From: Catajapyx aquilonaris
Taxonomy: Eukaryota
DNA: 63,047 nt
Assembly (NCBI GenBank): GCA_000934665.2
Contig: JYFJ02002106.1
Coordinates: forward strand, 1-63,047
Direction: 5' to 3'
The notes under the pieces were generated by a model. The model ran no database searches. It was given only the letters and a program-made list of their open reading frames with translations, and was not told the origin of the DNA. A program made the translations under genes and the position numbers. Shown here one piece after another: positions 1-13,087 of this stretch (position 1 is the stretch's first letter; each line of letters starts with the position of its first letter).

Positions 1-237
1 ACATAAATTTCTGCTTTCAATGTGGCTGCAATATGCACTACTAGACTACATAGCGATTAATGAAATCTGTCACAAATGCAATATTGGCTCACCCGAATAT
101 TATGCAGGACCAAATTATCCGAAATTTCCTTCTGCCGTCTCCTTTTTGCAAATTCTATACCTGGAAAACAATACTGTATTTTCCCACCGAGGGTCCAAGA
201 AATTGTCTGTTATACCCAAGGTGAAGTGAAAATGAGT

Positions 238-343
238 CTGTTATATCAGGAGTGAAAATACACAGTGCCTAATGGAAGCATGCCGGGACAGCCTTTATAA
301 CCAAGTATGTTATAGCCGAGGCTGTTGTATCCGGATTCAACTG
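238..343. mobile_element. Partial pogo/Tigger-like (Tc1/mariner) non-autonomous element, same family as 6530-6650
   Basis: Aligns by eye with 6544-6650 (ctgttatatcaggagt.aaaatacacag ... gtatgttata.cc ... tcaactgTA). Ends in CAACTG followed by TA. Confidence 0.6.
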
Positions 344-792
344 TAAATCTGTAATAAGTACAATGCGTTCACCTTATAGCAGCGGCAGGGTATAACGGGT
401 ATAACATTTCGCTAATAACAATATGGCTAGTTGGTAAACAAGAATTGACGTCTCTAGGTGATGGCATTATGAACTAATGAATTAATGACAGAAAAAATAC
501 GAGGTAAAAAATTCACAGCTCCAATCCTGTAAGCATCCTCCACATCCTCCACATCCTCCTGGAGCAACAGGTAACCTGCTGTACACAGTTCGTACCCAGC
601 AGCCCGTCAGAAACGCACGTCAATTATATCTAGCGGAGTGAATGAACAGTTGCAAAACCATATCACTTGCTGGGAACGAACAATCATAGATAAAGACACC
701 ATCTCTTATTACTTGTGATTGAAACTAATAGTGACACACGACACGTGAAACAACAGAAGTCTATTTTTATTATAACTTAAATATGATCAGTT

Positions 793-3700
793 TTACATCT
801 TTTTCTTCTTCCCCTTGTGTCCTTTCTTGCCTTTCGATGACTTCTCCAAAGTATCTGTTTCAACCAATGGTCTCTTGTAACCGCTAAACAGTTAAAATAA
901 ATTTTGAATCAAATTACAATTGAACAACTTCTGTACTTTCATTTTACGTACCTCTTGACACTGACGAGCCCCTTTGGTCCACCTGAACCCAAGGCCTGGT
1001 CCCAGTCGACCTCCGACCCTTTGATTGCATACTGAGCCAGGTCTTCCACCTGCATCTTCTTCACTTCCTCCTTCTGCTTCTCCTTCAGTTCCTTCGCAGC
1101 ATCGTTCAACTCCTGGTCCAATCCTATTGCCAGCGGAACCATCTTTTGAATCACACTGCTGCTGCTAGGTCCTAGTGTGGATTCAATTGCCTTCACCTCA
1201 ACCTTAGTGAGGAAGCCCGCTATCTGCTTGAGCGAACGTTGGAACAGGGCCAGCACCTGGCCGACAGGAAGGTTCAGTTCCGAAGATATCGCATCAACAC
1301 TCTTGCGTTGGAGACCCAAACTCAGAAGGATAGCCTAGAAAATGGGTATCGCGATTACGTAGTTGCCGGCAGCCAATTTTGATGAACATATAATAAGAAA
1401 GTGCCTTACAGCCTGAACCGCAGCCAGCTTTACGTCACCAAGCTTCTGCAAGAAGTACAATTCCGCTATTCTCGGAAGCAAGTCAGTCACCAGATGGTAG
1501 TCAGCCAGATTTCTTGAGTAGGCTTCCAGTCTCTTGCGTTCGTATTTGTTCACGTGAATTTCCAGTTCCTCCCTCGACAGCACTGCGACAATTTTTTAAA
1601 CATATTCATGCACAGCAAGAAAACGAAAAATAATATCAAATCATACCTCCAGGTTCAAGATTAACAGTTCGGTTCTGCAAAAGCCCTAGAGACAACTTCG
1701 CAGTAAAGTTGCGGAACTCCGATCCCAACAGGGAAATGAAGCGTCGTCTGAAGTCGGTGAAGTATTCCGGAAGCCAGTTGCCATCCCGTTCTGAATCATT
1801 GTTTAGAGTTTTCAGCATTATGCATGAATATTCGCCTGTTAGGTCATTTGCAGTCTGCCTGAAATGCAATGAACAAAATGTTGCGTTAAAATTATGAACA
1901 GCCTTGCTTGAGAGCGATTGAGTTCAGCGTCTTACCTGACATACACAGGAACAAACCCAGCTCTTCTCCAGAACTTCAGAAGTGGTTCAGTCACTCCGTA
2001 GCTAACTCCTAAGTAGTTCAGACTCTCCGGTTGCCTCTCGCTGAGCTTCAATAGAAGTGGCGGCAGCTCCTTCCTGGGTCCGACTCTCTCTTCTAGAAGT
2101 CCTACTGCGTCAGTCTGAACCGGCTCGATTCTAGTCTGAGCTGTGCCTTCCTCATCGGAAATGCTTGGAACTTTAAACTCGTAGTATTTCTGAAGCACTT
2201 CGACAGCACGGGCGCCATATCCCATCCCTTGAAAATCAGGGTGCGTCGCTATTCGTATTATTCTTGCCCCAGACAGCGCCGGAAACTCCTCGTCCTGAAA
2301 CTGTTGCGCCACACTCCACGGGATCATATCGCCTGCAGCTTTCTTGCCTCGGTACATGCTATTCTGAACCGACTGCTTTGAAATCGCACCTTCCAAGCAC
2401 ACCTGAAATAACGAGCATGTTTTAAAATAACGCAACAGGTTTACATACTGCGCGCAATTACCTGAATCACAACCAGTATTTCAGGCAGCTTTTTGGAATC
2501 AGAATCAACCGGACCAAGCAGACAAAACAGATGGTGCGCTGGTGCGTCGCTCATCATCTGCAGGTCGTTTGGGGTGTTCTTGTAGTGGGAGGCAACGTAC
2601 AGGGACATGAGACGCTGGAGAAACTGCTCGGACGCCTTGTGATAACTGAACAGTGTGTCACGGTTGATGTAGTACAAGTCGCACTGCTGCGGAGGAGGAC
2701 AGCCAGTCAGAAGCGGATGGATTGAAGTGGCGTCGAGGCAAAGCAGGTCGGACAGCCAGGACTCGACAAGGTCGCCAGGTTTGTACCGAATGGACTCGGA
2801 CATCGTGACTTCATGTAGAATGCGGCCACCTGCCTGCTTCCGCAACTGGTCCAGCAGCTTAAGGCTTAACGAACGTCCTGTGCCTTCATATCCGTTAATG
2901 GTTGACGACAGAAATACAAGGTACGGCCCAAGCAAATCCCGCACAAGTGGTAGGGGAATGGCTGCTGCCTCGTCAATCACCACCAGCTCCGCCTGCCCCA
3001 ACATTCGAGCATCATTAGGACGAATGTACTGGACGGTCTGGCGATGATCCCGGAAAACATTCACGCGAACCACTGCCTTGTTGAAGTCAGGGTTGGTCGA
3101 CTGAACCACATCGTAGTCCATGTGCTCCTGGTATCCAAGAGCATCAAACCCGGAGAACAGGAACTTGAAGAGTGTTCCCAGATTCTCGGGTGTAGGGCTG
3201 GTCACAAATATGTTGGAATAGCCAAAAGCAACTGCGGCCGCAACAGACAGGCCTAGAGCAGCTGATTTTCCACGGCCACGGGCTGCAGTGACGGAAACTG
3301 TTGATCGTAACGCCTTCTCTGAAACAGCCTCCACACATTTAAGAAGGGCTTTTGATTGGTCCAGCGTTTTGCAGAGGGCCACGAGGCACCCGACAGGCTG
3401 AGTGTCTCGAAGGCTTTCCTTTAGATCCTTCAGCTCTGGGTCAACAGTGTCCGGGTTTGTCGCTGTGGACGAGGGCGGCATGGAAACCACATGCGAGGAG
3501 TGCGGAAGGACTTTAAGCTGGTCATTGATTAGAAGACAGTTCTTGCAAGATGCCAACGAGAGGATGAATCTGAAAAATAAATAAATAATTGGTTGGCATC
3601 AGTTTACTTGTGTTCGTCAAAATCCTAAATTATTTGTACTGTTTAAATAAATTTCTGGCCTTTATACCTTCACGTAATTCTTGCTGATCATAATTCACAT

Positions 3701-4329
3701 ACACAACTCACCTCTCATTGAAACGGCCGACTACATCCGTGTGAGCCTCTGTCCTATACCGTGCATGTACGTCCATGGTCATGGTGTACAACTGCCTCAA
3801 AGAATCGACCGATCGCAACAAGATGACGACCATGCCTCCTCCCTCGACGGTCTCAATCGTTCGGGCCAGCAGGTTTGGCGTGAGGGCCTCAAAATCTTGC
3901 AGTACGCACATCCCAAACGTAGAGCCCAGGATCTTGTGCGTCTCGGAGTAATAACAATACCTGTAAATAGTACGAGGTGAGGATTTGCGACTGTTTGGTG
4001 GCTAATAACCCGACTAACCGTATGGAGGTGGAAGCCACGAATATCTCAAAGGGATTGTCCTGGTCTGCGTCTGCCCCGGAGGTCTGCAACCTGAGCTGCA
4101 GCTGCCTCATCCGCTTCTTCCGGTGGCTGCTGAAGCCGAGCTCCTTCTTGTAACACCACATGACGGAGGGATGCGGCTTGAGGGGAGAGGCCTTCCCCAG
4201 CATGTGGTGGAGGATGGCCACCTGGTCCTTCCCTTTGTCTCCAACCACCACAAACAAGCTGCGGTGACCAGTCCGTGCCACCTGCTCTATCGCCACTCGG
4301 ATGCGGTTGTCCACTTTCTTACGACCCAT
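793..4329 (-). CDS. NAT10: RNA cytidine acetyltransferase NAT10/Kre33 (multi-exon)
   Basis: N-terminus MGRKKVDNRIR; LQDFEALTPNLLARTIETVEGGG; P-loop AARGRGKSAALG; DEAAAIPLP; STINGYEGTGRSL; GNAT motif RIATHPDFQGMGYG. GT-AG introns. Lys-rich last exon 793-883 ends in KGKKKKM*. Confidence 0.96.
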
Positions 4330-4356
4330 CTTCTAAGTCAACAGGAAGCCACCGCT

Positions 4357-4459
4357 ATGTAGTGAATCCATGCCATGTATGAAGTCAGTACAGTACATAT
4401 GTATGAAATACACTACATGTATGAAGTATGTGTATGTAGCAATACAGTACGTGTATGAA

Positions 4460-4494
<35 letters not shown>

Positions 4495-5335
4495 TGTGGG
4501 TAATGCTTTCACCCCTACCGGGGTATATAGCATGGACCTTTATTGTATTTTGAGATGTTAAGTACATGGTGCCTATTTAATGAAAGCCCGGGCCCACGGG
4601 CAGGATGACAGGAGGGGATGTGCAAGTGCAGTGCGGTAACGGTGCTTGGTCGTTTTGTGAACTCCCCCGGGTGGTTTAGTCTGTGGATATACCACCCGAG
4701 ACAAAGCCAGAGACGACCCCAGAACTCTGCACGAGATGAAGGGGGTGTCCCCGGGCGGGGATCGAACCCGGGACCTTAACATCCGTGGGCGCGCACGTTA
4801 CCGCGGCGCCACTCCGTCTCCCTACGTGTATGAAGTATATGTATGTAGTAATACATGTATGAATAGTATGTGTATGTAGTAAATGCATGTATGAAATACG
4901 TGCATGTACTGTAGTAAATGCATGTATGAAATATGTGTATGTAGTAGATACATGTATGAAGTATATGTATGTGGTACATGTAGTAAGTATACGTATGTAG
5001 TACATAGTCGTACATGTACAAGTATGAAGTAAGTATACGTATGTAGTACATAGTCGTACATGTATGAAGTAAGTATACGTAATTATGTAGTGTGTATGAA
5101 GTATGGGTATGTCAAGTGTATGTCGTAAATACATGTATGAAGTAACTATGTGTATGTATGTAGTAAGTACACATACAGTGTAGTAAGTACGTGTATGTAG
5201 TAAGTACAAGTAGTAAGTACAAGTAGTAAGTACGTGTATGTAGTAAGTACAAGTAGTAAGTACGTGTATGTAGTAAGTACAAGTAGTAAGTACGTGTATG
5301 TAGTAAGTACATGTATGTAGTAAGTAAATGCAAAT
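4357..5335. repeat. Low-complexity GTAT/GTAC/AAGT satellite upstream of the NAT10 ATG, interrupted by a SINE
   Basis: Degenerate units such as gtagtaagtacgtgtat and catgtatgaagta. Produces spurious Y/T/H-rich ORFs. Confidence 0.9.
4461..4822 (-). mobile_element. tRNA-derived SINE with (ATT)n tail and 15-bp target-site duplication
   Basis: Minus strand: A-box TGGCGCCGCGG (4801-4811), B-box GGTTCGATCCC (4758-4768), GC-rich body, (ATT)n tail at 4461-4495. TACGTGTATGAAGTA flanks both sides (4448-4462 and 4823-4837). Confidence 0.8.
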
Positions 5336-5829
5336 ACTTTCCATAATAAGTCAAGTTTCAAGTACACCGAAATGTACATAGTTTACAAAGCATAACCATC
5401 ACAAGTGTAATAACCAACTGAGTACATGTGTAATAACAAACACATACCGTTTACAAGCCTGGAACCTGTATTTGCACAGTAATTAATGGACAAATGCGAT
5501 AAATACACGCCGAGAAATGTCAGCATTATTTTTACGTACACGTGCGAAAAAACATGGCGGACGACACATAACGTAGTAGCTGTTAGAGTGTAGCTGCTAC
5601 TTGCAGCCTGCTTAAAATAGCTGGGATCTAACATAATTTGTGGAAATCGAGCTACTTTTCTGGTCAGTAATTCAGTAAAACTATGCGAAATTTAATACCC
5701 AGGAAGTAATCTCACCAATATTTGCACTCAACAGTGTTAAAAAGGCCGGGAGCAAATCGCCAAAAGCTATTCAAACACTGCGACTAATAATTAACAGTTA
5801 CTTTACATTTACACATCCCAAGCTGTCGT

Positions 5830-6063
5830 GTAGTGCGCATGCGTTTTAACAAATAGTTGACTGTTGGTGGAATTACTCCCAGAGAGCTCTCTTATTGGCT
5901 TATTTTTTGTCCTCATGTGCACTGGCTAGTACGTGTAAACCGAATGAGCTCGATTGGCTTCTCTCCGCCTTGGCTCGATTGGCTTCTCTCCGTCATGGCT
6001 GCCACTTAGACATTCGCAAACAAAATTTGTGCGAATTTTCCGTTCCAAATTGTGTTTTTAGCC
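5830..6063. promoter_or_regulatory. Bidirectional promoter NAT10/TRAPPC2
   Basis: NRF1-type TGCGCATGCG at about 5834. Three ATTGG (CCAAT) boxes at about 5895, 5953 and 5978, including a duplicated gattggcttctctccg. Confidence 0.55.
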
Positions 6064-6832
6064 ATGTCAGGAAGCTATTACTTTGTGATCGTTGGGCACA
6101 GGGACAACCCGGTGTTCGAGATCGAATTCCTGGCTCCCAACAAGGAAAAGGTCAGCCCAATTTCATTAATACCTTTTTGTGTAGATGATTGCATTATAAT
6201 ATTTCTGTCATTTCCCTCCTTTATGCATTAAAAAAAAAAAAAAAGGAAGGGCATCGTCATTTGAACCAGTTCATAGCCCACGCTGCTCTGGACCTGGTGG
6301 ACGAGCACATGTGGAAGACTAACAACATGTACCTCAGGACCGTGGACAAGTTCAACGAGTGGTTTGTCTCAGCGTTTGTGTCCGCCAGTGGGATGAGACT
6401 GATCATTCTTCACGACAACAAGAATGAAGATGGGATCAAGAATTTCTTCATGGAGATGTGCGAGACGTACATCAAGGTATCAAGTTTCATGTCAATGCCG
6501 TCGAGGTGTCAATAATAATAATAATAATGCAGTTGACTCCAACTGTTATATCAGGAGTTAAAATACACAGAGCCATATATATGGAAGTTAGCCAGGACCA
6601 GCCTTTTGAGTATGTTATAACCAAAAGTCTGTTATATCCAGAGTCAACTGTAATAATAATAAAGTAATTGTTGCCTTAAAACTATGAATAAGTTGTGAAT
6701 CGGCAGTGATGATCATTCTTTTCTTTTCCGCAGTACTCCATGAATCCCTTCTACGACCAGAACACGCCCATCAACTGCCCCGCCTTTGAAAAAAAGGCGC
6801 AGTTTTATGGAAGGAAATACCTGACTGGTTGA
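6064..6832 (+). CDS. TRAPPC2: TRAPP complex subunit 2 (sedlin/Trs20); exons 6064-6150, 6246-6476, 6734-6832
   Basis: [22 protein letters not shown] ... [21 protein letters not shown] ... YSMNPFY ... FYGRKYLTG*. Confidence 0.96.
6530..6650. mobile_element. pogo/Tigger-like MITE in TRAPPC2 intron 2
   Basis: TIR CAGTTGACTC...GAGTCAACTG followed by TA. Second copy at 238-343. Confidence 0.7.
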
Positions 6833-7831
6833 AAATAAAATGGACAGTGTACCTTGTAAAGATGTTACTTATGTTCTATGTTAATGATAATTATGTAAAG
6901 GTGACATTCCTTTAAGTTGAATAAGAATGTGTTTTAGTGGTGCTTGAATAAAAAGTGTTATTCATGTTTAGAGCATTTAAATGAAAAGTATGATTACATG
7001 TTTCATTGTATTTGTACTTATTGCTGGTTGGTGAGGAAGAAGTCAATACGTGCTGATCACAAGTGCCTAATGTTCTTGTGATGTTAGGAGGACTCCTCCT
7101 CACATCATGTTATCACTACATCAACACTTGTTGGTACCTGTCCCAAACCCCCAAACCAATTAAACATTACCTGTCAATGAAATGCACTGCTCAGAAAAGG
7201 TAATTATATTGCTTCAGAAGAAAGTTGTATGTAAAAACTGCACTGCAATTTGCATGAAGTTGGCTTTCATGAAGTATGATATTAATTAAATTTTAATGCA
7301 TGGAAATATACGAGTCCAATCATTGCAAAAAGTTCTTGGTAGCTTCTGAGAAACAAATATTGTGTTTTTCCTACATTCCAGCTGCACATCGATTGGAATT
7401 TTAATATAAGCAATTGAATTATTCACTCAAAATACCGAACAGCATTTTCGATCAAATGATTACATCACGCTGCTGCTATATTTTTTGTATCTAATTAATT
7501 TGCATGCAGTACTGCCATACCTACTATGCTAAATACCCAGGTTATTTACGCACATGGAGCGTATCCCCCACAGGCTTGAAAATTAATATGCCCATAAAAT
7601 GTCATTTTCAACAAAAGAAAAAATGCATGTGACGTAACTGTAATAGGTTCCAGCATTATTTATTAAGCCGCACCCGGTATGGAAATTCACATATTTTATT
7701 ACACTACCAGCATAGAAATTGTTCATGTTCAGTGAGCTTGCATTACATAATCTTATTGCGAATTATTTATTTTGGCAAAATGTCAGTCATCGCTTTGCCT
7801 CTGTGTGGCCTCTTCAATGTACATAAACTTG

Positions 7832-10269
7832 TTAGAAGCGGCTGGCCACGAAAATTGCAACCAGACCCGTGAGCACAGCCGTCGAGATGTTTATTTTGGC
7901 AGCCCCGCTGTCAATAATAACGCTCTTCATAACAACCCTGGTTCCCAAAGGTTGTACTGGCCTGAAATTCGGTCCCATTGAATCTCGCGTCTCGTCCATC
8001 AGAACCCTGAATTGATTCAGCTGCAAAATATTGGAAAAAAATTTTATTAATAATGGTGTCGTACTGGTGGCGCCAATTCGGGCAAAAAGAGAGAATCTAT
8101 TCGCTCTTTTTGCCGGACACGGCTGTGTGGCGACACCAGAGCTTACTTGTCTTGATCCGACTCCGACAGGGTTTGCCAAAACAATCCAGGTGACCACCTC
8201 GTCGCATGTCGGTGTGGTCAAAGAGCCATGGTACGTGTAGAAGTTGGTCAAATTGGACGGAATCATTGTGTTGACCATCACCCCTCGGATGGTCATCTCA
8301 GCCTTTGGTTCGGCTATGCTTACAAGGACCTCTGTCACCGGAGTAAAATGGGGGTTCTCACCTTGTTGGATCTGTAATAATTAGTCCAACAGTTTATAAG
8401 AGAGATCAAATTATATGTTAATGTTAATTAAACTCACATTAAATAAAACACCAAGTACGGAAAGTCCATCAGATTTCTGCAAGGCTTCTGGGATTGTCGC
8501 ATACTTTTTGTTCCTATGGACAATATGCATTTCCAGAGGAAAGCTGTGAAAATAAATGTTTCAATTGCAGTATTTTTATGAAGTTATGCTCGTGCCAACA
8601 TCAGCATCATCGGTATCATATGTACCAACGAAACATTCTGTCGGTGCTGGTGGTGTACCGGAACATCCCTTTTAAAGATTGTCGTTTGAATGATTCAACG
8701 GGAGGGTTCGACCGATTGGATCTAACAAGTCTAAATTCATTCGATTATTGCTCAACGCCGCGCCGTTCTTTCCCTTAAAAGGTTGCTAGGGGCGAACAGT
8801 TTGCCAGAAAAAAAAATAATGGGCCCAATGATACCTTTTAGAGTCGATCAGATGTTCGCTTCCAGAGTAGTCGTCTACACCCCAATGGAAATGTATCTGC
8901 TCGCAAATGTACGTATCATCCTTCAGTGGTCCTCCTGACATTTCAGGTGGACTTGCCCATGTAGGCTTGACGTATGCTGCAAATAATTTGCAATTATTAT
9001 TTTTAAAAACAACAATAGCACATGGAACACGTACCTGAATGGCCATTGTTGGACAGAGTGATAGAAGTTGGAGGCTTCTCATATCCCACGAGATTGATTG
9101 CCTTCATTGTCAATGCCTTCAGGTCCTTCTTGACAATGTCGATCGGGGATTGCATCTTGCCTGTCTGGCATACGCCAGGCCATGATGCAGGGCCTGAAAC
9201 AAATACAATTTGCCAAAAATTATTTCCTCGAGAGTGGGGTAGCCAGAGGTGACAATTCGCATTTTGGCACAGTGGCCAGATATGTGTCCAGTGCATGACA
9301 TGAACAATTTCGAGTAGGCTAAACCTTATAACTCACCCTGTGATCCACTGTAACTCCAATGTGCTGAATCCACCAGTGTCCCTTTATAGAAACAGACGTT
9401 GCATTATATTATTATTAGGAAAAATGAGTGCACTTCATCTTTATCACAAATCATCCGTGCTGACCTCACAGCCTTCACCTTGTGCTTTTTCAAGACCTTG
9501 ATCTGTCTTTGGGGTATTATGAAGTGAAATTACAGCCGGAACAGACATTTTCAATTGGGGTCTTACGTGAAGCCGTAATAAAATGCACAAGTCTGCCCAT
9601 ATAGAGGTATGCCTGTCAATGTAACTTGAGATGCTCTGTTTGAAGTAACTTTAGAGATATATTACAGCCAGCCACAGGGACCAAAATGGGAGAGAGAGAA
9701 TGCAAAAGAAAAACATGTACCACACACTAAAATAGTGCTTGAGTTGTTTTAACGACTGGTGAACCCGCCGAAATGCTTCGGGTTTGTCAGCCTCTTTTTT
9801 TTGATTTGATGCCAACTAAAAATCTAAAAACACAACAAGTACCCAGCACTTAATCCCGTGTCTTTGAAGTTTTGCGAAAGTATGCGAAACATTCGGCTGT
9901 AATTTGCTTCAGACTCAACTTCAATTTTTCAAGTCCAAAAATATTATTTATGCCATTTTGAATATTATTGGATGCCTACTTGTGTGTATAATTATTATTG
10001 TAAACTCAGCTGAATATGTGCAATATGATGATGAGCATGATGTGGTGCGGATTAAAATGCAGACCTTGAGTACTTTTCAGTTACATGTCCATCAAAAAAA
10101 AAAAAAAGTATTTAGCTTATGTCATTAACATAACACTTCACATACTATTAGTAAACACTTATTGAAGTGGTTATAAGAAAAATTGATATTTTGTTTTTTT
10201 CAAAAAATATTGTAACCTACCTCGATAGAGCAACAGGACAATTGCAAATGCCAAAAGGTGACTCTCCAT
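7832..10269 (-). CDS. Alpha carbonic anhydrase, secreted/GPI-anchored type (CA4-like)
   Basis: Signal peptide MESHLLAFAIVLLLYRG; HWSY; MQSPIDI; Zn ligands in QIHFHWG and FPLEMHIVH; GSEH; YHGSLTTPTCDEVVTW; NFRPVQ. Hydrophobic C-terminal tail after DSG. Confidence 0.92.
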
Positions 10270-11178
10270 GATTATTATCTGGTCAGAAAGTGTCACTATT
10301 CTAAAAAGAGCTACCGTGATGTGCTCTCCATGACGCAAAGTAGATTTGTGATTTGCGCCTGTGCTTGTTTCTGCCCCCACAGAGGAAGCTGTGTTGATAT
10401 GTCTGGACGAAGGNGGGGGGGTGGAAAAAAAGAGGGACTGACGGATACATCGTGTTTCTGTTACGCGTGCGCATCACATAAGCACAAATTGTACGAGTTG
10501 CAAACATGTGAAAATTGGCAGAGAATGTCGATATGACGTGTGTCGGTTTGATTTTAATCATGTGTCCCATTCATGTCAGGTATTGCAAAGAAAGTTGCGT
10601 AATTGTAGTGACAATTACACGTGGATGGATCAAGCAGTGAATGGGAGGAAGAATTCATTACTTCGGCGGATCTGAATGGTGCTGATCGCGCTAATGTTTC
10701 TCTAACGAATGGCGAAATTAATTCAACGTATAATTCAACTAAAGATAAAATTTTTGATATTGCACTAATTAAATTTTGGTCAACTGAAATATTCAAAGGT
10801 TCCCTGTACTTAATGCCATCTTATGTAACATTTCAAGATTTGATCGCACCTTTGCACGTATGCCAAAATAATGTGCAGAAAATATTCCTCGGAATCTTTC
10901 GTCTTATCGTCATGTGAGCTTCATTCCAGGACCACACCCACACATTATTTTTCTGCTCTAAGTCCAGCAGCATCTATTTTTATTCCATTCTATGTCCCAC
11001 AAACCCGATTTAAAAAGAAGACAAACACTACTTGTCTCCGACGGTCACATTATCAAGCGATGGTCATCGGACGAAACAGGGTATACTGTTGTATAGTAAA
11101 GAGGATCAAGTTCGAGGCCTCATTGTTGTGACTTCTTCGGCAATTTGAGGAAATGATATATGACGCCTTTGATGTTCA

Positions 11179-11446
11179 CGTCTCTCTGTTTATAGGGCGT
11201 TGCCAAGGCTAGCGGCCATTTTGAAGTGTGGGTAACGCCAACGAGGTATAAATAGGGTACAGGCAAAAATAGGTATTTGATGGTTGTGGCGGCCATGGCA
11301 ACTAATACATGGCAAGAAAGGCAAGAACACACGCGAATCAAAGATGGCGGACCCTATTTTTTGCCTGTACCCTATTTATACCTCGTTGGCGTTACCCACA
11401 CTTCAAAATGGCCGCCAGCCTTGGCAACGCCCCAAACAGAGAGACG
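11179..11446. mobile_element. Foldback/MITE with about 95-bp inverted arms
   Basis: 11179-11275 (cgtctctctgttt...ggcgttgccaaggct...ggtacaggcaaaaataggt) is the near-perfect reverse complement of 11351-11446. Confidence 0.85.
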
Positions 11447-12525
11447 GGGAAATCGAATGTTTGCGCCTCTGATGTAGCATATGTTCCCTGGTTCAACAAT
11501 GAACATGAAACGAATTCTTGATTTTCAGGACAATCATAATAGCCCACATTTTGACTATCAACATTTATTGAGTTAAGCATTATTACAACCTCGTCGTTAC
11601 CGAATTCATTTTAAGTCTAAAATTGCAAATTCCATTGGGGGGGGGGGGGGGGGGGCATANCTTGGTATACTGTAATGTGCTAAAATTTTCAGATTTTTAT
11701 CTGCTGCTCCACTAGAAATATTCGGATTTGAAACTAATGGAATTGCTATACGAATTTCCAAATTTTTGAAAAATTGTATCAGAAAAAAAAGGAGGAAAGT
11801 CTTGTGGTTCGGTATGAAAAACACGTTTCTCTCGATTTGTACCGTATTAAAAAAAAAAAAAAAAACTCTTCAAGCGCTTTTTCCTTCCTGCTCATGAAAA
11901 TGTGACTTATTAAGAAACAATTAGTCATGTGTTAATGGCTTCATGCTGTAATTTATTCCACTCTTTAGGGGACTGTAGCGGAGGGGACCGAGAATTTTCA
12001 GTTTCAGCAAGCCCTTAAAGTTGCAAAATTGTAAAAGAAATATGGCATTTAAGGGGAAAAACCAGAACCAATAAAAATAGGAACAAAAACATTATTTAAA
12101 GTTTTTTTTTAAAGAGGTAATAATAAGACCTCCGTCCGTGGCGTAATGAAAGTACCGACACCAATGCAGGAGCACGTACGTATGCCTTATTGTTTCGGGT
12201 ATCCTGAAAATGCAGAATTCATTAGAAAAAGACGACCCTCTAAAATTCACAAATTTACGTTTACATGTGAAAAATTCAACATTATAGTTAAAATCAGCAT
12301 CTAAAGGAGGTGACGATTCTGCATAAATGTTTCATGGCAATAAATTCGAACGAATCGTATAGATATTCAATGTGATTAATATTGAAGTTCCTAATTTCAG
12401 AAAATATATACTTATATATGGAAAATTAATGGGTGGAATTTTCGTTGTACTATACTTGTAACTACTGTATATAGTTACTGCTAACTAAGCAGCAGCCTAC
12501 CATTGCACTACACTATGGTACTGCT

Positions 12526-13087
12526 AACTAACGCTCTCTTCGTCCAAAGGCATGAAGACTCACTATGTGGAGAAGGCAGGAGACAGGGCCTTCGTCGCCC
12601 GCAAGTGGTGCCTATTGAGTGGGTGTCTCGCAGGGTTGCAACCGGATCCTTCCTGAAGCGCAATCCTGGAGTGAAGGAGGGCTACCGCTTCAACCCACCC
12701 AAGCAGGAGACTTTCTTCAAGGTATGTCGCCGCATTAATTACTGTAATGCCCACTAATCTAAGTAATGCCCGCTGGGTCATATCTGGCACACCATTTAGT
12801 GCAATTTTTGCAACTTTTATATTTCTTGTAAGTGCCAAATTGCACTAAATGGTGTGCCAGATATGACCCAAGGGGCATTACAGGGTTGAACATGTCTCAC
12901 GTGTCGGTTAACCATTGCAGGATGATGCTAACCATGACCCACAGTGGTCTGAGGAGCAGATTGTGGCAGCTGAGATCAAGGTTGGAGGCACGACCATCGG
13001 TCAGGATGAGGTCGACATCATGTTTCAACTACAATAAACCAATCCTGAAATTTCAGGCATCAACGAACCTTCAATTACCAAGGTATC
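12526..13087 (+). pseudogene. Inverted, unprocessed PAICS fragment
   Basis: 12526-13022 matches the reverse complement of 52950-53313 including the intron, with a 7-bp frameshifting deletion (cgacatg). 13020-13087 matches the PAICS 3' UTR at about 51955-52017. Confidence 0.92.
12742..12883. mobile_element. Hairpin MITE inserted in the pseudogene intron
   Basis: About 45-bp inverted arms gtaatgccc..tgggtcatatctggcacaccatttagtgcaattt / aaattgcactaaatggtgtgccagatatgaccca..gggcattac. Absent from the parental intron at 53053-53110. Confidence 0.85.

Noticed and set aside
4745..4822. Functional tRNA gene
   Set aside because: A and B boxes are present, but there is no convincing acceptor or anticodon stem and no poly-T terminator. 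The body, tail and flanking duplication fit a SINE.
4333..5379. Several Y/T/H/I-rich ORFs up to 222 aa
   Set aside because: They are translations of the satellite and SINE and show no protein-family motifs.
11636..11660. Poly-G runs with N (also about 10412 and 20387) as G-quadruplex elements
   Set aside because: Homopolymers next to ambiguous bases have unreliable sequence.
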